From IMG/VR virus record IMGVR_UViG_3300010160_000003, positions 1 through 64,000 of that record: DNA of 64,000 nucleotides; one strand, written 5' to 3'. Each line of letters begins with the position of its first letter. Within the stretch, counting starts at the first letter, position 1. Both the position numbers and the translations under genes were made by a program. The stretch is from a virus. The notes under the pieces were generated by a model. The model searched no databases. It was given only the letters and a program-made list of their open reading frames with translations, and was not told the DNA's origin. This document shows positions 21,013 to 30,004 of this stretch, one piece after another.

Positions 21013-22029
21013 ATGGCACATGAACTAGAAACACAAAATGGAGTAGCCTCTTTCGCTTCATTTCGTGAACCTGCTTGGCATGGATTGGGTACTGTATTCA
21101 CAGAGGAAAAATCTACATCAGAAATGTTGGCTTCTGCCAATCTTAATGGTTGGAACGTTCGTCTAGAGGATTTAGTGACCCCTTCACATTTATCAAGCGA
21201 CAAAGAATATCAGTATGTCGTTCGCACTAACCCTACTGATAATTCTCAAACCGATATTCTTGGTGTTGTCGGTGAGCGATACCATGTAATGCAAAATGAG
21301 GATTTATTCTCATTTGGAGATAATATCCTAGACGGCGGTGGTCGTTGGGAAACTGCTGGCTCAATCAAGGGTGGTCGTGTTGTATTTGGTGCGTTAGCAC
21401 TAGAGCGTGAAACTATCCTAGACCCTAATGGTGTTGCTGATAAGGTAAAAACTTATTTACTTATTAACACTTCCCATGACGGTTCTATTGCAATTCAAGC
21501 AAGCATAACACCCGTTCGTGTTGTGTGTGCTAATACTCTCAATATGGCACTCAACACTACAAAAAAGAAAAATGGTATCAAGCAATCTTTCAAGATTCGC
21601 CATACGCAAACCGCACAAGGTAAAGTGCAAGTGGCTCGTGAAACTCTTGGGCTTGCTAATGCATACATGGATTCATTTGACATCATGGCAAAAACTTTAT
21701 TTGCTACTGAGGTCAATGCTAAAATGTTCAATGAGATTATTCTCGCTTCATATCCTAAGCCTGAAAAAGATGCTAAGGGTGCAATTAAAAAGTGGGAAAA
21801 TAAAGTTGATACTATCAACGACATTTACACAGGCGAGTTTAACGGCATGATTGCTGGTAATGCTTGGGGTGCGTTCAATGCACTAACTGAGCGACTAGAC
21901 TGGTATCGTTCTGCTCGTGGTGGTTCTAACGAGTCAATTCTTGCAAGTGCAAGTGGATTTGACCCTGCAATTAACGCAGAGAAAAATCGTTTGCTCAAAG
22001 TTGTAAAAAATGTAATGCAACTCGCATAA
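21013..22029 (+). CDS. DUF932 / LGT_TIGR03299 family protein
   Basis: MAHELE, PAWHGLG, ETAGSIKGGRVVF, NTSHDGS and PVRVVCANTL motifs. Confidence 0.85.
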   Translation: MAHELETQNGVASFASFREPAWHGLGTVFTEEKSTSEMLASANLNGWNVRLEDLVTPSHLSSDKEYQYVVRTNPTDNSQTDILGVVGERYHVMQNEDLFSFGDNILDGGGRWETAGSIKGGRVVFGALALERETILDPNGVADKVKTYLLINTSHDGSIAIQASITPVRVVCANTLNMALNTTKKKNGIKQSFKIRHTQTAQGKVQVARETLGLANAYMDSFDIMAKTLFATEVNAKMFNEIILASYPKPEKDAKGAIKKWENKVDTINDIYTGEFNGMIAGNAWGAFNALTERLDWYRSARGGSNESILASASGFDPAINAEKNRLLKVVKNVMQLA

Positions 22030-22067
22030 CAAAATAATCCTGAGCATGATTGAAAACTGCTCCGCAT

Positions 22068-22144
22068 GATTGCGTAGAATAGTTGGTTAATTCGCTAGCC
22101 TGTCACGCTAGAGATCGTGGGTTCAAGTCCCATCGCAATCGCCA
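22068..22144 (+). tRNA. tRNA-Asp (GTC) with encoded CCA
   Basis: Acceptor GATTGCG/CGCAATC; anticodon arm CTAGC-CTGTCAC-GCTAG; T-loop TTCAAGT. Confidence 0.9.
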
Positions 22145-22287
22145 ATAAAATGGGCCGGGTCCGTAACATTTTGTTATAAAACCAATTACGATAGATGACA
22201 TTTTTCCCCAAACCTTATTAAGAAGAACTTGACATTTCCCCCAAACCATGCAATAATTAATACATAACCCACTAACAAAGGAATTTC

Positions 22288-25200
22288 ATGAGAGAACGCA
22301 CAACAGGATATATAGGTAATATTTTAGACGGAAAGAAACTAGCCAAGATTGCCAATAAAATTTACAAAGCGCAATATAACAGTGTTAGTGAATGTACAAT
22401 AGATAACTTACTACTAATTGAACTTGAAGAGAAGAATGTTTTTGGAGATTCAAAGTATGCCGTTGTATGTACAGAGGGTGTTGGCTGGGAGCAAGATAGT
22501 TATGGTTGTCTTGAAATCCCGACAAATGTTGGTGCTATGGGTAACTGGAATGGCCGTGTATTCATATCAGTAGAGGTAATTGGACAATGTTTAACAGGAC
22601 AAACACAGGATATCTCAAAATACATTCGTACCTTTGGAGATAGATTAGATAATAACTGTTACCTATGGCAATGTAAAATGTCAGTCCTACCTAGTACAAT
22701 ATCAGTATGACCCAAACAACATTCAAACCATACACAATATCAGAACTCGTAGATGAAATCTACAACGACAACTACTCACATCTTGAATTCATGGATAACA
22801 TGGGTGGAGATTGTGACTGCGTAATCCATACTACTATGCAAACCATCTTAGAATACTGGGGAGAATAATGTGGACTACCTATAGTTATGTTTGTACTAAC
22901 TGTGATGCATTGATCCAGGTCACTACTCAAGTTACCCCTGAAGAAAATGCATCCTGTACTTGTATGCGTGGGGCCTGGGTAACTCGTACTGCCATGGAAC
23001 CTAATGTGAGCAAGGTCACACCTCCAAAACTTGTAAAAATCAACACCAACCCGTATAATTAATATATGGACCTAAGTACACTAACCGAATATCTAAAGAT
23101 ACACCTAATCAGTATCCAACAGGACTATGATAAGTTACCTGACGGAGACACACATTCTGTTGCCCACCTTAATGGACAACAACTAGCCATTAACCATATA
23201 CTAAGAGTAATCAATGACTGAGAAGTATCCTTTCATACCCGAATATTTGACAAAGGCTTTAGAAGATACATCTATACCTCTAATTGACCTAATGCACGGC
23301 TACCTTAAACAAGAAATGCTGGACACTGAAGAACTAATGAAAGATAACAATGACAGATTTTTTCAGGGATATATAGAAGCCTTGACAAACTGCTATGTCA
23401 TGACCTATAATTTATCTATAGACCGTAAAAACATAGAGGAGACCCAATGACACCACAAGAAATGTTAGAACAGATGATTGACAAGGCTACTTTAGATTTC
23501 TTGGAGATAACCAAGGAAGAAGAAGACGGCGACTTTGGAGATGCAATGCTATCTATGGAACGCACAGAGGCTAATGGTTTTCTAGAAGGTTTGTCAGTGG
23601 CATACCATATAATCTTTGATAAGGTATATACCTCACCAGTAGGATTGGATAACTAATGCCTAAGTGTTTAGATTGCAATAACACCACAAGATTTTGGTAT
23701 CAGGAATTAGGAAATAAACTTGGTATCTATAATGAAGACGGTACCCTTGATGATGTAGAGGACGACTACTACGATGAAGTAGAAGGTGGCACTTGTGCTG
23801 AATGTGAATCTGCAAACATTGAGGGGAAGTTATAATGGATAACTTTATTGAAATGACAGAAGACGAATGGATTGCTACATACAAACCAATCAAAAATCAT
23901 ATAGATACAAATGCTTCTTTTAATGGAGAGATGTTTGAGACATATGGAGAAGAAGTAGAGTTTGTTAAAGCCCAAGATGAGAATCGCATTTGGATGTATG
24001 GAGACGGAGACGACGGTGGGGGATATGTATGGTCTGGTTGGGGATTTGTAAATAGAATAGGATACTTTATCACTGAGGTTCCTTTCCCTGATAATACTAC
24101 TATACAGGTTCAACTTACCATACCGTTTTATTGTTGTGAGAATTGTGACTCAGAACTAGAAGACCCTGATAATCTAATTAGAGATGCCTTTGATGAGGCA
24201 GACTTGCAAAAATGCCCTAAATGTGCTACGATTGATGAAATGACCCTAGTTGAATTGGAGAAGTAAATGATAGAAGGACTCGAAATAGCAGGATATTTTT
24301 CAGTAGACTCAGGACAAGCAATGGTAGGCGACCCCTGCTATCTAGATGATTGGGATACTAATAAAAATGATGAATGGAATCTAGAAGGTAAAGAAGGAGA
24401 GTATTCTTATCATGGTTCTAGTGCTACTACACTAACAGACTCATTCGGACAACTAGGCAACTCTACTGCCGTAGTATTTCAAACGGGATATGGAGACGGA
24501 CTCTACCCTGTATATGTTAAGTTAAATGATGATAATCGTGTTTCAATGGTTGTCATTGACTTTGAGGATAATGTAGAGGTAAACAACTAATGGGGGCACG
24601 TATTAACTTTGTCTTCAAAGACCGTGAGGGCCGCCCTGCAGTAGTCTTATACAGTCACTGGGGCCAAGATGAATGGCAACGAGACATAGCAATGGCCCTA
24701 GACCATGCCCGTCCTAGATGGGGTGATGAGTCTTACTGTACACGTATGATTATTAGTTATTTAATGCAAGATAGCATTCTAGATGAAACTGGATTTGGTA
24801 TTTATGCTATTAATGATACATTATCTACCCTAGGAGATCAAACCGTTATAATTGATATCATTCAAGAAACTATTATTGACGGTAATACTAAGGTAGACTG
24901 GGACTTATTTGTACAGGCATACAAGCCTGTCGCTGCGCTAGTGGGGGGGTAGGGTCACTCTCGCACTTACGGTGGGGGGCCAACTGTGGTGGGTTGCTCC
25001 CCACCTTCTTTTTTGGTATAATAGTAAAGAGAGGAACTCATGTATAAAATTACTAGAAATAATGTAGCCACTAATGAAGAAAAGATTGCTAAAAAAATAT
25101 CGGTACTTTTATCAGATTTCACTATTGACTTAGAAAAGGTTGGATACTATTTAGCAAGAGCGACACCCTATTTACTTTTTTGCAGAAGCCTAGAAGTATT

Positions 25201-25917
25201 AGAGTCAGCACAATTTCAGAAAGACACCATTGAACAACAGAGAATAGGATATGATAATGACAGACTTTTTTATTAAGTGTCAGATTTTAGGGGAACTATA
25301 TGAAAACTATAAAGAAGAGTTTGAAGATTTAATTGAAATAAATGACATTGGTTTTCCAATAGCATATCTAAATACACAAAACCTAGTTATACCAACTTCT
25401 CCAGGAATGAGATATGTAGAAGAGGCATGGGATATGCTATTACTAGACCTTGTGGTTGAAGATAAAGGTTTTGAAGATTTAGATGATTTGTTGGTTTTTG
25501 CAAACTATGAATGAAATCTAGCCCTGCGGGGCCGGGATTTTTTATAAAATTTTAAACCATCAAACCATATTTCCTAAAACCTTATTACGAAGCATCCAAA
25601 TTTTTTCCCCAAACCTCATCTGCTATACTTGAACTATGGCTAATTTTGAAACGGTATGTGGAATTCTAGGTGAACTACACTTTAACTATGGTGATAGTAA
25701 AGACTTTAGAGGTTTTGTAGAGTTTAATGATCTTGGCCTTCCCCTGGCTTTTTTAATAAATGAAGGTTTGGTAGTAGAGTTATCAGATGATGGACGCAGG
25801 TATGTTATAGATACCTTTGATATGTTTGTTGCTTCCCTCAAAGTAGATCCTGATGACATCATGGACGGCATGACGCTTGATGAACTTTTGGAAATCGCTG
25901 CAGCATCCCAAACATAA
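22288..25917 (+). CDS. Cluster of small hypothetical proteins (22288-22710, 22868-23062, 23214-23450, 23447-23656, 23835-24266, 24267-24590 DUF4241-like, 24590-24952, 25040-25276, paralogs 25251-25514 and 25636-25917)
   Basis: Co-oriented overlapping ORFs; GYGDGLYPVY motif in 24267-24590; shared CxILGEL...NDxGxP motif in the last two. Confidence 0.6.
24970..25014 (+). terminator. Intrinsic terminator
   Basis: GGTGGGGGGCCAAC / GTTGCTCCCCACC stem followed by a T-tract. Confidence 0.65.
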
Positions 25918-26820
25918 AACCTTACAAGACATTACGAAGCCCTAAAAACTTTTCCCCAATCATCGACAAACCTTCAAACCTTCATGCCAGGATATAAGGT
26001 TTGTTATTCCTATAGAGGTATTACGAACTCTCTTTATTTATCCCCCGCCCTGCAATCAATCTAAGGATATTCAAACATTCTGCAGCGGGGGATCAAAAGA
26101 TATACCAAACCACACAGTATAAAACACATTACGAATAACATATATTTTTCCCTGGTTTTCTAGATATTTATCAAACCTTTCAAACCTTTATATGATTTAA
26201 TTGGACATTTTCTCCACATTTGTGTAGGGTTTTAGAGTTGACAAATGGAAGGTTTGGGAGTATAATGCCAGGGTTTGTAAGGTTTGACAATGTAAAGGTT
26301 TTATGATAGGAGGTTTTGGGGTGTGAGGTTTGAAGGTTTTGGGGTGTGAGGTTTGTCCGTTAGACATTACGAACGCATCTGTATAAATGCTCCATTCCCC
26401 ACTTCACTCCACTTTCCTCCACTTTAAGATAAATCTAAAAAATATCAGTAACATTTATCCTGTGGATAACTATCCTAAACCTGTGGATAACTCTATCAAA
26501 CCACGCCTTCCTCCTGTGGATAACTTCATCAAACCTCTGCATAAACCTGTGGATAACTATCAAACATATGTAATAGATATGTTCTATAACCTGTGGATAA
26601 CTCCTAGAGTTACTCTGATAACTTTGTGATATTATGGGTATATGAAACCTTTTCTGATCATTATGCTTGGCCTATTTCTATTCTTAAATTACATGGCTTA
26701 TCTCCAACAAATCCGTATGAGTGGATAAAACCAGGGTATATAAACCTCTGGCTATCTGGCATATGGGGCTATAAGGCTATCTGGCTATAGGGTTTGTATC
26801 TTATACTGGGGATTATGATG
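25918..26820. repeat. Non-coding, repeat-rich putative replication origin
   Basis: About 20 AAACC(T/A) pentamers in both orientations, TTACGAA repeats, duplicated AGGTTTTGGGGTGTGAGGTTT, GGCTAT repeats and five DnaA boxes. Confidence 0.6.
26459..26602 (-). promoter_or_regulatory. Five co-oriented perfect DnaA boxes
   Basis: CCTGTGGATAACT 13-mer; TGTGGATAA core at 26461, 26482, 26515, 26548 and 26592. Confidence 0.8.
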
Positions 26821-26857
26821 TCTTGACTTTCCCCCGATTTTTTGATATGATGGTTTA

Positions 26858-27484
26858 ATGAAGCAATGGAAGCAAAGAACCTGGTTTCAGGCTCCCGATG
26901 GCACAAAAGGATCTAATGCCTTAGTTGCTAAAGAGGCTGGAGTTACTACTGGAACAGTTACCAATGTATTTAGTTATCCTGAAAAAGTAATACCAGAGAC
27001 TAAAAAAAGGGTTTTAGAGGCAGTTAAAAAACTTAACTATACCTACAATGTAATGCCAACAATGAAAATGTGTACTGTCTGTAAGGTTGCCAAACCATTT
27101 GAAGATTTTTATGATGGCTATAAAGCCAAGAAACAAAGAGATGTTACAAATAAAAAATATCTTCATTCTAGATGTAAAGATTGCGATCATGCCAGAGTTA
27201 AGGTCTATCATAAAAATAATAGGGTTAAAGTTAGAAAACAACAGTTAATTTCTCATAGACGTAGAGAGTATGGGCTAACTGAAGAAGAATACAATAATAT
27301 GGTTTTGTCTCAAAATAACATGTGCGCTATCTGCAATAAGCCTAATGATAGAACCTTACATATAGACCATGAGCATGTAACAGGCAAGGTTAGGGGCTTG
27401 CTATGCTCTAACTGTAACCTAGGTATAGGACTGCTTCAAGAAGATCTTATTATTCTTAATAGGGCTATTAAGTACTTATCTTGA
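26858..27484 (+). CDS. LacI-type HTH fused to recombination endonuclease VII (HNH) domain
   Basis: VAKEAGVTTGTVTNVF...ETKKRVLEAVKKLNY, then CxxC pairs and HIDHEHVTGKVRGLLCSNCNLGIG. Confidence 0.8.
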   Translation: MKQWKQRTWFQAPDGTKGSNALVAKEAGVTTGTVTNVFSYPEKVIPETKKRVLEAVKKLNYTYNVMPTMKMCTVCKVAKPFEDFYDGYKAKKQRDVTNKKYLHSRCKDCDHARVKVYHKNNRVKVRKQQLISHRRREYGLTEEEYNNMVLSQNNMCAICNKPNDRTLHIDHEHVTGKVRGLLCSNCNLGIGLLQEDLIILNRAIKYLS

Positions 27485-27608
27485 TATACCGTGCAAAAGT
27501 AGGCTGTTAACCAATGGTGCCCGTGTAGGGCAGTGGAAGGTTTGTTACTCTATTATCGCCGAACATTAAAAACTTGACAACTTATCCTCCAAATGGTATG
27601 ATAGATAT

Positions 27609-27833
27609 ATGACACACGATGAATTGCTCGAATTCATAAATAGCCCAACCTGTCGGAATAGTCGAACCTTAGAGACTCCATACGCAGCCCTTCGTGCAGT
27701 AGTGGAATTGCATAAGCCTTCTTTGGTAAATGCCGAAGAGTGCGAAACTTGCACACTACACACAGATTATTCTGACAGGTATATTGCTTATCCTTGCGAA
27801 ACCATTCAAGCCATAGAAAAGGAGTTAACGTGA
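27609..27833 (+). CDS. Hypothetical protein
   Basis: ALRAVVELHKP...CxxC...YPCETIQAI motif; TTGACA promoter upstream. Confidence 0.6.
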   Translation: MTHDELLEFINSPTCRNSRTLETPYAALRAVVELHKPSLVNAEECETCTLHTDYSDRYIAYPCETIQAIEKELT

Positions 27834-28507
27834 GTAGCATAGATACTTGCTGGAATTGCGGTAACTCTGATATTGAAGCAATAGAAAAAGTTGCTCTGGC
27901 AATTCAACAAAGACATGATAATGGATCTTACTTTGATAAGCAATGGTCAAACCATCATGGACTAATGCGTTGCGATTGTGTTGAATTAATACGATTTATA
28001 AGGAACTTAAAATGAAACTACACTATGGGAAAATGACTGCCAACTATTCTTTTGGGGTATATGTTCATGACTGGGGATACCCTATTAAACATGAATGGGA
28101 AATTGGCTTATACCTGTTCCATTGGTATATAGGAATAGACTTTTTTAAATGACCTGTACAAAATATGGCTGTAACTATGAACTAGACCTTGATGGTAAGG
28201 TAACTTGTACTGTATGTGGTGCAATGGATGATGATATGAGTCCAACAACATTAGATATGTTTGAGGCTCAGGTAGATTTTGAATGAAGCGTTGTATACAT
28301 GTATATAAAATTGTGCATGAAGACATATGTTCACTATGTGGTAGGGACACCCATGAAACAAACTGGGTACAAGAATTAAAATATAGACGAGAGTATGTAG
28401 AAAAAGTGGGCTTATTCTATAAACGTTCTGTGTGGTGGAGTATATAGGTTATAATAGGCTTATGCCATGTATACATTATAAAGCAATTAGTGTGGTAGAA
28501 TGTATAT

Positions 28508-28960
28508 ATGAATGAAAAATTAATTGAACTATTAAAGGCTCTTCTTGCAGATACTGTAGCCTTAAAGTTTAAAGCACATGGATACCATTGGAATGTTGAA
28601 GGAGATGATTTTCCTCAAGCACATGCTTTTTTTGAAATGATTTATAATGATTATGAAGAAGCAATTGATGGCTTTGCAGAAAACCTTCGTCGTTTAGATA
28701 CATATGCTCCATTTAAACTTTCACGTTTTGTAGAACTATCAAAGAATGTAGCAGAAACTGATGTTAATTCTGATTTTGTAGTAATGGCTGGCGATCTTCT
28801 TATATCAAATGATGCAGTTTTAGTAGTTTTAAAAGATACATTTGATGTGGCTGATATGGCTCGTGAACAAGGTGTTGCAAACTTCCTTGCAGAACGTATT
28901 GATCAACATCAAAAATGGCATTGGCAACTTAAGGCAGTTACTAAGCCTTCAATGAATTAA
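28508..28960 (+). CDS. dps: Dps / mini-ferritin DNA-protection protein
   Basis: HGYHWNVEG-DF..AH..FE..Y..IDGFAE ferroxidase signature and H.K..WQL. Confidence 0.9.
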   Translation: MNEKLIELLKALLADTVALKFKAHGYHWNVEGDDFPQAHAFFEMIYNDYEEAIDGFAENLRRLDTYAPFKLSRFVELSKNVAETDVNSDFVVMAGDLLISNDAVLVVLKDTFDVADMAREQGVANFLAERIDQHQKWHWQLKAVTKPSMN

Positions 28961-28965
28961 TAATT

Positions 28966-29334
28966 ATGTCTACAATAGTAGATATTGATGGAACACTACT
29001 AAGTAACGGTACACAACCTATTCAAAGAGTAATTGATTATGTAAATTCACTTCCAGGTTCATTAATAATTGTAACTGGAAGAAATGAATCTCAAAGGTCA
29101 GAAACAGTTAAAGCATTACGAGCAGCAGGTGTTAAGTACTCTCGTCTTATTATGAATCCTGGTTCTAGTTCTGATACCGCTAAATATAAATATGAAGTAG
29201 GTCTAAAACTTAAAGGATCAGTTAATCTTGCTATTGATAATAATCCTACTATGAGAGCAGCATATGCTAAAGCAGGCATACCTACAAAAGATCCAGCAAC
29301 TTTACCAGATATGAAGAAGTTTTGGACAATCTAA
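28966..29334 (+). CDS. HAD-family phosphatase (PNK 3'-phosphatase-like)
   Basis: DIDGTL, VTGR and IDNN motifs. Confidence 0.8.
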   Translation: MSTIVDIDGTLLSNGTQPIQRVIDYVNSLPGSLIIVTGRNESQRSETVKALRAAGVKYSRLIMNPGSSSDTAKYKYEVGLKLKGSVNLAIDNNPTMRAAYAKAGIPTKDPATLPDMKKFWTI

Positions 29335-29533
29335 TTGTCTTTGTCTAAAAAAGAAACACAGGCTCTTCAACAACAATATTTCAATAAAGTAAAATTAAAT
29401 AATAAAGAACAATGGAGCCTATGCTATATATGCTCTAAGCCTAGATATAACTTTACTACTGTAGAAAATATATCTATGCCTGTGTGTGAGGAACATTCTT
29501 GACATACCGTTCAAAAATTGGTAGACTTAGTAT

Positions 29534-30004
29534 ATGCAAACTTTTTTGCCAGATAAAGATTATAAACTCTCTGCCCAAACCCTAGATAATAAGCGACTCA
29601 ATAAACAGATCCTAGAGGGCTATCAGATACTCAAAGTATTATCAGGTGCAACAGAGTCAGGGGCTTGGCGTAATCACCCTGCAGTGCTCATGTGGAAGGG
29701 CTCAGAGACCCATCTTATGAACTATGTCAACCATATGGTAAATGAGGCAGACATTCGTGGCATCAAGACAGTTAACAATGTATTAAACCTAAAAATTTTA
29801 AAAGCGGGGTTTGGAAAAATGTGGGGTAAAAATAAACCTATTTGGCAAAAACCAGAACATATCTCTCGTGTTATAGAAAGCCATAGGGCTAATCTTTATA
29901 GGAAAGATTCTATTATCTATGCCGAGTATCAACTCAATACCGCCGATCCATGCTGCGAAAAGTGTTTATATTATTGGCCTACTCATAAAGAAAGACAAAC
30001 TTGA
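29534..30004 (+). CDS. Pyrimidine-dimer DNA glycosylase family (MSMEG_6728-like)
   Basis: MQTFLP...LDNKRLNKQILE...WRNHPAVLMW...SHRANL. Confidence 0.8.
   Translation: MQTFLPDKDYKLSAQTLDNKRLNKQILEGYQILKVLSGATESGAWRNHPAVLMWKGSETHLMNYVNHMVNEADIRGIKTVNNVLNLKILKAGFGKMWGKNKPIWQKPEHISRVIESHRANLYRKDSIIYAEYQLNTADPCCEKCLYYWPTHKERQT

Larger units (their letters stand above)
15825..22062 (+). ncRNA. Six copies of a covarying H-type RNA pseudoknot in 3' UTRs
   Basis: Copies at 15825-15855, 19073-19099, 19573-19600, 20765-20795 (variant), 20798-20828 and 22036-22062, with compensatory changes in both stems. Confidence 0.7.
12887..23020. promoter_or_regulatory. CRP/GlxR-type palindromes TGTGA-N6-TCACA
   Basis: Perfect at 12887, 12986, 14850, 14969, 15943, 20873 and 23005; one mismatch at 13773 and 18718. 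Confidence 0.75.
12827..23613. promoter_or_regulatory. Family of 12 TGTCA(G/C)-N10-TAnnnT promoters (RecA-NDp/PafBC architecture)
   Basis: Copies at 12827-12848 (minus), 13042, 13837, 15013, 16006 (TGTCAC), 17802, 18842, 19728, 20284, 20954, 22679 and 23592; spacer is exactly 10 nt in each. Confidence 0.75.

Noticed and set aside
15825-22062. Pseudoknot motif as a hammerhead, pistol or HDV-like ribozyme, or as a simple terminator
   Set aside because: Lacks the CUGANGA/GAAA core and the extra stems of pistol or HDV folds; most copies have no U-tract, and the second covarying stem is not explained by a terminator.
26459-26602. CRISPR array
   Set aside because: Repeat is only 13 bp with 8-31 bp gaps and matches the DnaA box; no cas operon.
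26387-26629. 80 aa ORF with PVDN repeats
   Set aside because: It is the translation of the DnaA-box repeats; no Shine-Dalgarno evident.
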